Assembly: GCA_963666565.1 (NCBI GenBank) | Contig: OY762911.1 | Location: 3,904,001 to 3,968,000, forward strand | DNA from: Thermoanaerobaculia bacterium | Lineage (GTDB): Bacteria; Acidobacteriota; Thermoanaerobaculia; Multivoradales; Multivoraceae | DNA length: 64,000 bases | Direction of reading: 5' to 3' | Shown: one piece after another, positions 37,143 to 45,296 of the stretch | Numbering within the stretch: the first letter of the stretch is position 1 | Layout of the letters: every line of letters begins with the position of its first letter | Made by a program: the position numbers and the translations under genes | Notes under the pieces: model-generated | What the model saw: the letters and a program-made list of their open reading frames with translations, nothing else | Database searches by the model: none | What the model was told of the DNA's origin: nothing

Positions 37143-38048
37143 TTGCTCGCCTCCACCGAGTCCGCCCTCCGCCGGATCAACCGCGACTTCTACAGCCGCC
37201 ACGCGGCCGACTTCGACCGTACCCGGCGCCCCGGCGGCTGGCAGGGATGGCAACGAGTCCTGGAGTCCGTGGCGCGGGCCGAGGACCGCCCGCTGCGCGT
37301 CCTCGACCTCGGCTGCGGCAACGGCCGCTTCGCGCTCTTCCTGGAGGAGAACCCCGAGCTGCGCGGCAACCGGCCGTTCGAGTACCTGGGCATCGACCTG
37401 AGCCCCGAGTTGATCGGGTATGCCCGCGAGGCGGCCGCCGGGCGCCGCCACGTCCGGTTCGAGATCGACGACATCGAGAAGCGCCCCCTCGGCGCGGCGG
37501 CTCGCGACCTCGTCGTCCTCTTCGGCGTTGTCCACCATCTCCCGAGCTTCGGCGTTCGCCGGCGCGTCCTCGAGCGCGCCGCATCGGCCGTGGCGCCCGG
37601 CGGCGTCCTCGCCCTCACCTGCTGGCAGTTCGCGGACGATCCACGACTCGATAGCTGGAGCCTCGACTGGTCTCAAGAGCCCGCGGTCGATCCGGAGGAA
37701 CTCGAACCCGGCGATCATCTGCTGCGCTGGGGCGTGGCCGACGCTGGAGGTCGCCGGCAAAGCCGGCGACGATCCTCCCGCCGCCTCCGGCGGCAGCGGG
37801 TCAGAACCCGGCTGGCGCGTCCCCGTGCCAGCCGCGTCACAGTCCGAGCGCCCGTCTTCGGGCGGTCGGATGTCAGACCCGCGCACCAGGCTCGCCGCTA
37901 CTGCCACTTCACCGACGAAGCGGAGCTCGACCGCCTGATCGACGGCCTGCCGTTCACCGAAGTCGCCCGCTACCGATCCGACGGCCCCGGCGGCCGGCAG
38001 AACCTGTACTGGCTGGGCGCTCGCGACCGTGCTGCTAGCCTGAGTTGA
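37143..38048 (+). CDS. class I SAM-dependent methyltransferase
   Basis: FY...A.DFD.TR, VLDLGCGNGRF, GID.S, VVHH.P, PGG.L....WQF, RYCH. Confidence 0.85.
   Translation: MLASTESALRRINRDFYSRHAADFDRTRRPGGWQGWQRVLESVARAEDRPLRVLDLGCGNGRFALFLEENPELRGNRPFEYLGIDLSPELIGYAREAAAGRRHVRFEIDDIEKRPLGAAARDLVVLFGVVHHLPSFGVRRRVLERAASAVAPGGVLALTCWQFADDPRLDSWSLDWSQEPAVDPEELEPGDHLLRWGVADAGGRRQSRRRSSRRLRRQRVRTRLARPRASRVTVRAPVFGRSDVRPAHQARRYCHFTDEAELDRLIDGLPFTEVARYRSDGPGGRQNLYWLGARDRAASLS
37780..37887 (+). repeat. interrupted REP-like element in frame inside methyltransferase CDS
   Basis: GCCGCCTCCGGCGGCAGCGGGTCAGAA (37780) ... AGACCCGCGCACC (37875-37887), with extra hairpins between. Confidence 0.7.
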
Positions 38049-38064
38049 AGGAGGATCCCAAACC

Positions 38065-39525
38065 ATGAAGCCCCTGTGTCTCGCTCTCGTGGCCGCCGTT
38101 CCGCTCGCGGCTTTCCCCGCCGGCGCCCGGCAGGATCCGAAAGAAACCTACGACTACTGGGAACCGCAGCGGCAGATGGTCCGCCTGGGCCAGCAGGCGA
38201 TCTTCCTGTGCAACGGGCTGTTCACATCGAACCGCACCATCGAGCAGGTCTTCGCGCAGGAACTCGCCTACCTGCCCGAACCCGTCGGAACCGCCGAAGG
38301 CGGCGACTACGAGGTCGACCACAAGCGCAAGGCCGTGACGATCGGCTCGGGCCACGGCGTGCCGAAGATGCGGGCCGCCTTCCGCGAGGGCATCGGCTGC
38401 GTGGTCCTGGCGCCGAACCGGACGCTGGACGACATCGACAGCCTGCCTGCCATCCGGATGCCGCCACCACCGGGCGATGCGGCGAAGATCCCGTGGCCGG
38501 ACGGCGACAAGACCGGCCCCATCTCGCCAGCGGCCGACGTCGATGCCGCGGCGCTCCAGGCCGCCTCGGACTGGGCCTTCGACCGCGAATCGCCGCAGCA
38601 GGTCACCCTCAGTCTGCTCGTCGTCCACCGCGGCCGGATCGTCCACGAGCGCTACGCCGACGGCGTCGACATGACCACCCGGACGCGCACCTGGTCGACC
38701 GCGAAGAGCATCGCCTCGACGCTGATCGGCATGCTGGTCGACGACGGCAAGCTGTCCCTCGACGAGCCGCTCGGCTTCGACTTCCTTCCCGAGGGCGCCG
38801 CCGCGCCCGAGACCGACCCGCGCTCCGCGATCACGCTGCGCCACGCGCTCAACATGTCGAGCGGCCTGCAGACGGTGGACAACGACGGCCGGCAGCACGC
38901 GATCGGCTCCGGCATGTCCTACTGGGCCGGCGCCAGTTCCGTCGAACGCGCCCGCCGCCGCGCCCTGATCCGCGAGCCGGGCGCGAACTGGGACTACGAG
39001 AACTACGACACCCTGCTCGCCGTCTACGCCATGAAGCGCGCCCTCGGCAGCGAGAAGAAGTACCACGAGTTCCCCCGCAAGCGCCTGCTCGACCGAATCG
39101 GCATGAGGAACACCCTCCTCGGCACCGACCGCTTCGGCGACTTCGTCCTCAGCAGTCAGGTCTACACGAACGCCCGCGACCTCGCCCGCTTCGGCCTGCT
39201 GTACCTCCAGGACGGCGTCTGGAACGGCGAACGCCTCCTCTCCGAAGACTGGATCGACTTCGTCCGCACCCCGGCGCCCTCGACCGCCGAACGCGGCAAC
39301 TTCTACGGGGGCCAGTTCTGGCTCGTCCCCGACGAACGCACCGACGTCCCCCGCGACGCCTACTCCACCGCCGGCAACCGCGGCCAGTACGTCGTCATCG
39401 TCCCCTCGCGCGACCTCGTCATCGTCCGCCGCGGCCTCGACTGGCGCCGCCTGAGCTTTGACCGCTGGGACATGACGCGGGAGGTGCTGAAGGCGTTTCC
39501 GAGCGGTGCGGACGTAGCGCGGTAG
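38065..39525 (+). CDS. serine hydrolase, beta-lactamase class C-like family, exported
   Basis: Signal peptide; STAK (SxxK), YEN (YxN), ARDLARFGLLYL, G.RGQ. Confidence 0.9.
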   Translation: MKPLCLALVAAVPLAAFPAGARQDPKETYDYWEPQRQMVRLGQQAIFLCNGLFTSNRTIEQVFAQELAYLPEPVGTAEGGDYEVDHKRKAVTIGSGHGVPKMRAAFREGIGCVVLAPNRTLDDIDSLPAIRMPPPPGDAAKIPWPDGDKTGPISPAADVDAAALQAASDWAFDRESPQQVTLSLLVVHRGRIVHERYADGVDMTTRTRTWSTAKSIASTLIGMLVDDGKLSLDEPLGFDFLPEGAAAPETDPRSAITLRHALNMSSGLQTVDNDGRQHAIGSGMSYWAGASSVERARRRALIREPGANWDYENYDTLLAVYAMKRALGSEKKYHEFPRKRLLDRIGMRNTLLGTDRFGDFVLSSQVYTNARDLARFGLLYLQDGVWNGERLLSEDWIDFVRTPAPSTAERGNFYGGQFWLVPDERTDVPRDAYSTAGNRGQYVVIVPSRDLVIVRRGLDWRRLSFDRWDMTREVLKAFPSGADVAR

Positions 39526-39665
39526 CGCATCGGCTGCACCCGCCTGTCCGGGCGCGCAGGGGGGCGGTCCCATCGGCCCCTCCGCGGGCGGGTCCCCGGC
39601 ACCGCCGCCGCAACGCCGCGGCACCGTCGTCTAGGATCGGCCACTCCGACCACTGGGAGGTTCCA

Positions 39666-39968
39666 ATGACGATCGACGAAATCGTCGCCGACATGGCGGC
39701 CAAGGCGGCGACCATCGACCCGCTCGGGAAGAGTTTGCTGTTCCTGCTCGACGAGGAGTCGATGCTGATCGACGGGAGGGGCGAGGCGAACGTCGTCTCG
39801 AAGGTGTCCGGCCGGGAGGTCGAGTCGGACTGCACGGTGCGGATGTCGATCGACACGTTCCTCAAGCTGCAGCGCAAGCAGATCAAGCCGTTCATGGCGG
39901 TCGCCTCCGGCAAGATCAAGGTCAGGGGCGACATGTCGATCGCCGCCAAGCTGAAGAAGCTGACCTGA
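39666..39968 (+). CDS. SCP2 sterol/lipid-binding domain protein
   Basis: DCTV.M..DTF..L......P.MA..SGKIKVRGDMSIA.KL. Confidence 0.88.
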   Translation: MTIDEIVADMAAKAATIDPLGKSLLFLLDEESMLIDGRGEANVVSKVSGREVESDCTVRMSIDTFLKLQRKQIKPFMAVASGKIKVRGDMSIAAKLKKLT

Positions 39969-39970
39969 GC

Positions 39971-41212
39971 TTGACGAACCCGTCGATCCGGATCCGCCAG
40001 CCGGTCGCGCTCAGGGCCGTCAACCGCGTCGGGGCGATGGTCCGGCGGTGGGGGCTGAAGCCCTTCGCGCTGGACGCCGAGCGGATCCTGGAAAACGCGC
40101 GACAGGCCAGCGGTTTCGACGTGCGCGACCCCATGTTCCGGGAGGGCCTGGCGCGCCTGGTTCACGGACTCGAATCGCACGCGCGCTTGACCGCCTTCGG
40201 GCGGCTGGCCGTCCGGGGCACGGTCCAGCGCATGGCCGATTCGCGCTCCAAGGTGGAGAGAACGCTCGCGGAGCACCCCGAGATCGGCGCCGAGGAGATC
40301 CGCGCGCCTGTCTTCATCGTCGGCATGCCCCGGAGCGGCACGACAATCCTCCACGCGCTGCTGCACCTGGACCGCGACCACAGGGCGCCCCTCTGCTGGG
40401 AGTGCCTGCTGCCCCACCCGGCGCCGGGCCCGGAGGACCACAGCGACAACGACCGGATCGAGACAGTGCGCCGGGAGTTCGACCGGATCTTCCGGCTCGT
40501 CCCAGACTTCCGGCGCAAGCACTACATGACCGCCGACTCGCCGCAGGAGTGCATCGGCGTCACCGCGCTCAACTTCGCGAGCTTCCAGTACCTGGCCATG
40601 GCCTGGCTGCCCGAGTACCACGACTGGTTCGTCAACGCCGACCAGGAAGCGAACCTCCGGTGGCACCGGCGCTTCCTCCAGTTCCTGCAGTCGGGCGGCG
40701 TGCGCACCCGTCGCTGGCTACTGAAGTCGCCCGTTCACATGATGCGGCTGCGCGCCCTGTTCGAGGTCTATCCGGATGCCCGCGTCATCGTGACCCATCG
40801 CCACCCGGCCGACGTCGTGCCCTCGACCGCAAGCCTGATCTCGTCGATGCGGTCGTTCTACACGGACCGCGAAGACCCGCTGCGGACGGGGCGCGAGCAA
40901 CTCTTGATCTGGGCCGACTACTTCGCCCGGTTCCTGCGCGACCGCCGGGAACTCGGCCGCGAGGAGCAGATGGTCGACGTCTTCTTCGACGACTTCGTCG
41001 AGGACCAGATGTCGGTCGTCGACAAGGTCTACTCGCGCTTCAACTGGAACCTGCGGCCGGAGGACCGCGACGCGATGGAGCGGTTCCTGCAGCGGGAGCG
41101 CCGAGGGAAGCACGGCGTACACGAGTACTCGCTGAAACGGATCGGCATGGCGCCGGCCGACATCGACAACGAGTACGCGCACTACCTCGCCTTTCTGGAA
41201 ACCCTGAGATGA
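39971..41212 (+). CDS. sulfotransferase (Sulfotransfer_3, mycobacterial Stf-like)
   Basis: FIVGMPRSGTT, WLLKSPVH, YPDA...THRHP..V.PS. Confidence 0.9.
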   Translation: MTNPSIRIRQPVALRAVNRVGAMVRRWGLKPFALDAERILENARQASGFDVRDPMFREGLARLVHGLESHARLTAFGRLAVRGTVQRMADSRSKVERTLAEHPEIGAEEIRAPVFIVGMPRSGTTILHALLHLDRDHRAPLCWECLLPHPAPGPEDHSDNDRIETVRREFDRIFRLVPDFRRKHYMTADSPQECIGVTALNFASFQYLAMAWLPEYHDWFVNADQEANLRWHRRFLQFLQSGGVRTRRWLLKSPVHMMRLRALFEVYPDARVIVTHRHPADVVPSTASLISSMRSFYTDREDPLRTGREQLLIWADYFARFLRDRRELGREEQMVDVFFDDFVEDQMSVVDKVYSRFNWNLRPEDRDAMERFLQRERRGKHGVHEYSLKRIGMAPADIDNEYAHYLAFLETLR

Positions 41213-42294
41213 GCCTGGAGAACACGGAGATGAGCGAAAGCGACTTCGAAAGCCGGCAGGCCCTGCACGAGTTCCTGGACGTGGTCCGCAACGCCGAACG
41301 GACCTTCCTCGACCCGGAGAAGGAACTCGACCGCCAGGGCCACGTGGACGGCTACCAGCATCTGTTTCACCTGATGCAGGTGACGGTGGACTTCTACCTC
41401 CACAACGACCCCCTGCGTCCCCGCCTGATGCGGCTGACCGACGGCACGCGCAAGCTCTACGGCGACAACGTGGACGCGGTCTACTACTTCTCCCAGGTCC
41501 GCGGCGACCAGGAGTACGTCATCCGGGGCCGGCGCTTCGACAGTTGCTACCTGAGCTTCTGCCTCTACGGCGGCGACCCGAACGGTGAACTGGCCGACCG
41601 GGTGACGCTCAACGTGAACCACCGCGACATCGCCTTCGAAGACGACGGATCGTTCGAGATCAGGCTGACGCCGAACCCGAAGGGCCCGAACGAGTTCCGG
41701 ATCGAGCCGGACTCCGTCTCGCTCTTCACGCGCGAGTACTTCCTCGACGTCGCAACGGCGCGGGAGAGCATTCTCGGCATCGAGAACGCCTCGCCGCAGC
41801 CTCCCAAACTGCCGCTCGACGACACGGAACTGGCGCGACGCATCCGCAGCATGGCGACGTTCTTCATGTGCACGACCTGGATCGCGCCGCTGCCGGTCCA
41901 TCTGCCGTTCAACGAGTTCTGTGAGCCGTGGGAGTTCGACCCGGAACAGGGCGGCTGGGGGACCGTCGACAACATCTACTGCTTCTGCCGCTTCCGACTG
42001 GAGGAGCACGAGTACCTCAAGGCGACCTTCCGGTCGCCCGAGGCGTGCTACTGGGGCCTCCAGACCTGGAACTACCTGATGCAGTCCACCAACTACGACG
42101 ACTTCCCGGTCTGCGTCAACAAGCAGACCGCCGTCGCCGAGCCGGACGGCAGCTACGTCGTCTACCTCAGCCACCGCGAAGCGCCGAAGAACTGGATCAG
42201 CACGGCCGGCTACAACGAGGGCGTTCTCTTCGCCCGCTGGCTTCTCGCGGAAGAGCTGCCGGAAACGCCGAAGGTGGAGTTGGGGGAGTGGTGA
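41209..42294 (+). CDS. DUF1214-domain protein
   Basis: GDNVDAVY, Y.I.G, DGSFEI.L, REYF, DGS....SH....NWISTAG..EG....RW; ATGA overlap. Confidence 0.75.
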   Translation: MSLENTEMSESDFESRQALHEFLDVVRNAERTFLDPEKELDRQGHVDGYQHLFHLMQVTVDFYLHNDPLRPRLMRLTDGTRKLYGDNVDAVYYFSQVRGDQEYVIRGRRFDSCYLSFCLYGGDPNGELADRVTLNVNHRDIAFEDDGSFEIRLTPNPKGPNEFRIEPDSVSLFTREYFLDVATARESILGIENASPQPPKLPLDDTELARRIRSMATFFMCTTWIAPLPVHLPFNEFCEPWEFDPEQGGWGTVDNIYCFCRFRLEEHEYLKATFRSPEACYWGLQTWNYLMQSTNYDDFPVCVNKQTAVAEPDGSYVVYLSHREAPKNWISTAGYNEGVLFARWLLAEELPETPKVELGEW

Positions 42295-42346
42295 CCCTCT
42301 GGGTCTAGGCAAAGCGGAGCCAGCCTGGCGGCCGGTCCGTCCTCAT

Positions 42347-42407
42347 GGCCGCCTTCGGCGGCAGCGGGTCAGAAGACCCGCGCACCCAGTCCCTCCCCCT
42401 GAGCCCC
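42347..42407 (+). repeat. REP-like variant A followed by an end of the MITE-like family
   Basis: GGCCGCCTTCGGCGGCAGCGGGTCAGAAGACCCGCGCACCC (42347-42387), then CCCTCCCCCTGAGCCCC resembling 53246-53263. Confidence 0.75.
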
Positions 42408-42453
42408 GGAGCGGGCGGGTATCGCCTCCGCCGCCTCGCCGCGGCAGCAGCCG

Positions 42454-43563
42454 CTACAGCCAGTCGCGCTCGGCGATCTTCTTCGGCAGGAACTCCTCCG
42501 TGACGAAGGAGAGGCCCTTGCTGGAGAGGGCCTCGAGCTCCCACTTGACGCCGGCGCTGAGCATGTTCCTGATCTCCCGTTGCCATGCCTTCGCCTTGAA
42601 CCACTCGTAGTTCAGGATCTCCTTCGCGCGGGAACGGTCCTGGTCGTTCAGCCGGATGCTGACGTCCTCCGACAGGTCGTAGGCGCCCGGATCGAAGCTG
42701 GAGAGGCCGATGAACCGGGCCTTCGGCACCGCCATCCGCTTCGACTCGAAGGCGAGCCCGATGGACCCCTGCTTGACCACGGAGTGGATGTAGTAGCCCC
42801 ACGGGTCGTTGTCGACGAAGACGTACAGCGGCAGCTTCAGCTCGTGGACCATGCGGTAGAGGAGACGGCGTACCCCCCGCGGGGGCTGACCCTGGCCGGT
42901 CACCAGGATGCAATCGTGCCGCTTCCAGAACTTGTCCTCGTTGAGCCGCGCCCAGACCGCCTCCTTCTCCACCAGCAGGATGAACTTCGCGCCGTGGCCC
43001 ACGAAGCGGATCGTCTCCGGCTCGACGATGCCGGGCACCGACCAGCCGCCCGAGCCCATCCGCGACAGATCGATCACGTCGCCGGCGTCCACCAGTGTCA
43101 GCGGGCCAACGACGGAGCCGCGCTTGGCCGCGAACAGGTGGAGTTCCTCGCGGAGGGCGCCCAGGGTGACCTCCAGGTCCTCGATGATCGGATCCGATTC
43201 CTCCTGGCCCTCGAAGGTGTTCTCCTTGCCGTCGGCCAGGGTGTGCTTGCTCATGTAGTAGAGGTCGCGGATGCTGGTCGTCTTCCGTTCGTCGAGGAGC
43301 TGGGTGCAGCCGCGGGCGACCAGGAGCGTCTGCATGTACTTGCGGGCCTGGTTCAGGTTGAACAGCGAGCGACGCTGGGTCGCGTCGCCCATCTCGATGA
43401 TCTTCTTGCGCTTCGAGAACGTGACGTTCGAGAGCGTGCGCGACGGGATGTCGACGTAGGGATCGACCTCGCGGCGCGCCATGGCGATCGTCTTCTTCGC
43501 CAGGTGCTCGATCTTGGCGCGGGCGTCGAGGCTGGCCGGGATCCTCAGCCGGTCGGACGTCAT
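42454..43563 (-). CDS. top6A: DNA topoisomerase VI subunit A
   Basis: SIRDLYY (catalytic Tyr region), TF..QEESD.IIEDLEV, VEKEA, G.GQP.R..RR, DNDPWGYYI (Toprim), ELEALS.KG. Confidence 0.95.
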   Translation of the reverse strand: MTSDRLRIPASLDARAKIEHLAKKTIAMARREVDPYVDIPSRTLSNVTFSKRKKIIEMGDATQRRSLFNLNQARKYMQTLLVARGCTQLLDERKTTSIRDLYYMSKHTLADGKENTFEGQEESDPIIEDLEVTLGALREELHLFAAKRGSVVGPLTLVDAGDVIDLSRMGSGGWSVPGIVEPETIRFVGHGAKFILLVEKEAVWARLNEDKFWKRHDCILVTGQGQPPRGVRRLLYRMVHELKLPLYVFVDNDPWGYYIHSVVKQGSIGLAFESKRMAVPKARFIGLSSFDPGAYDLSEDVSIRLNDQDRSRAKEILNYEWFKAKAWQREIRNMLSAGVKWELEALSSKGLSFVTEEFLPKKIAERDWL

Positions 43564-45266
43564 GCGAGCTCCAACTGCGACCCGGGATCGCGCTCGGCTT
43601 CCGCGGGAACCGGCGGCGGCAAACGCTCCGCGTCCGGATCGACGACGAGGACGTTCTCGGAGGCTTCCATCTCGTCGGCGGCGCCGTCCTGCTCCTCGAG
43701 CATCCCCGCCAGTTCCGTCTTCTTGCGGCTGATGGCGAGCAGCCGCTCGCGGAACAGCTTCTGGTTCTTGCCGGTGATCGCCTCCACCGAGCTGACGACC
43801 TCCTCGATGTAGAGGTTGAAGACCTCGCGGCGGCGCGCCTCGCTCCGGGCGCGCGCCTTGCGCTTGACGTACCGGCCGAGCCGGCGCCCGCAGGTCTGTA
43901 CGGCGAGCTTGATCTCCTTGCGGATCTCGTCGTAGTCCGCCACCGCCACCTTGCTCTCGGAACTGAACGGTACCCACACCGAAGCGAGATGCACCAGGAC
44001 GATCAGCGGGCCCGACGGCAGCGCGCCCCGGGACTGGGTCAGGCCGTAGTTGCGCCAGGAGACGTCCATCACCGCCTTCGTGATGCAGCAGGAGCCGGCC
44101 AGGTACTGGAGCGGCACCCGGTTCGCGAACCGGAGCACCTTCGCCAGGTCGTCGGCCGGCAGGTCGCCGCCCCAGGCCATGCCGACTTCGACCTGGAACG
44201 GATTGCCGCGGTAGACCGCCGGCCGGCGGGTCTCGACGGCGTAGAACTCGGCCCGGATGCCGCGCGTCAGGCCCGCCAGCAACTCCTGCACGCCGATCGG
44301 CGACAGGCAGTCGGTCGAGGGCGGCCGGATGCGGGTCGAGGCGTCGTTCAGCGCCTGGTAGAGCTTGTCGGCGGCCTTGCGCACGACCGTGTGCGGACGC
44401 GCCTTCGGGTCGATGCCCGCCCGCTTCGCAAGGCCCACAGCCATCTGCGGCGACACCCGGCTGAAGTCCCGGGACAGGCACTGGCCGATCGTCGCGTGCT
44501 CGGTCGACTGCAGCATCTTCATCAGCACGCCGAGTTCGACGCCGTGCGGGTGCGGCTTGATCTCGCGCGGCGCCACGGGATTCGACTCGACGCCGCGGAC
44601 GTAGTGCGCCTCTTCGCCGCGCGGGTCCCGGTAGTGCAGCGTCGCGTGGGGGTTCGCCACCGCCACCTGGTGCAGGAACTCCTCCACCGACTGGCGGCCC
44701 TTCAGGTACTGCGCCTCCAGCTCCAGTTCGACGCGGGTGCCATGGTCGAGGTCCCAGTCGTCGAGCTTCTTCCTGCCGACCGCCTTCGGCTTGTTCGTGT
44801 TCGTGTCGATGACGACCTGCATCGCGTACGCGGGCGAACCCGGGCCCGTGCGCGACACGACGGAGACCGGCTTGCCGGTCGTCAACTGGCCGTACATCGC
44901 CGCCGCCGAGATGCCGATCCCCTGCTGGCCGCGGCTCTGCTTCAGGCTGTGAAACTTCGACCCGTAGAGAAGCTGCCCGAAGATCCTCGGCGCCTGCGCC
45001 CGGACGATCCCCGGCCCGTTGTCGGTCACCCGCACGACGTAGCGGTTGCCGCCCTCGGCCGCTTCGAGTTCGACCCATATCTCCGGCAGGATGCCCGCCT
45101 CCTCGCAGGCGTCGAGCGAGTTGTCGACCGCCTCCTTGACCGTCGTCAGGAGGGCCTTGCGGAGCGAGTCGAACCCGAGCAGGTGACGGTTCTTGGCGAA
45201 GAACTCCGAAACCGAGATCTCCCTCTGGCGGCGGGAGAGCGTCTCGGCTGTGACTCGCTTCGCCAC
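43560..45266 (-). CDS. top6B: DNA topoisomerase VI subunit B
   Basis: SVSEFF.KN..LLGF, KEAVDNSLDA, DNGPG, GSKFH..KQSRGQQGIGIS (GHKL), KPHPHG, RFANRVPL. Confidence 0.96.
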   Translation of the reverse strand: MAKRVTAETLSRRQREISVSEFFAKNRHLLGFDSLRKALLTTVKEAVDNSLDACEEAGILPEIWVELEAAEGGNRYVVRVTDNGPGIVRAQAPRIFGQLLYGSKFHSLKQSRGQQGIGISAAAMYGQLTTGKPVSVVSRTGPGSPAYAMQVVIDTNTNKPKAVGRKKLDDWDLDHGTRVELELEAQYLKGRQSVEEFLHQVAVANPHATLHYRDPRGEEAHYVRGVESNPVAPREIKPHPHGVELGVLMKMLQSTEHATIGQCLSRDFSRVSPQMAVGLAKRAGIDPKARPHTVVRKAADKLYQALNDASTRIRPPSTDCLSPIGVQELLAGLTRGIRAEFYAVETRRPAVYRGNPFQVEVGMAWGGDLPADDLAKVLRFANRVPLQYLAGSCCITKAVMDVSWRNYGLTQSRGALPSGPLIVLVHLASVWVPFSSESKVAVADYDEIRKEIKLAVQTCGRRLGRYVKRKARARSEARRREVFNLYIEEVVSSVEAITGKNQKLFRERLLAISRKKTELAGMLEEQDGAADEMEASENVLVVDPDAERLPPPVPAEAERDPGSQLELA

Positions 45267-45296
45267 GATTGCCTTTCTTCGGGGCGGCCTTTCGGT

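Noticed and set aside
38065-39525. Beta-lactam resistance gene
   Set aside because: SxxK/YxN serine hydrolase of the broad esterase/amidase group; nothing specifically indicates beta-lactamase activity
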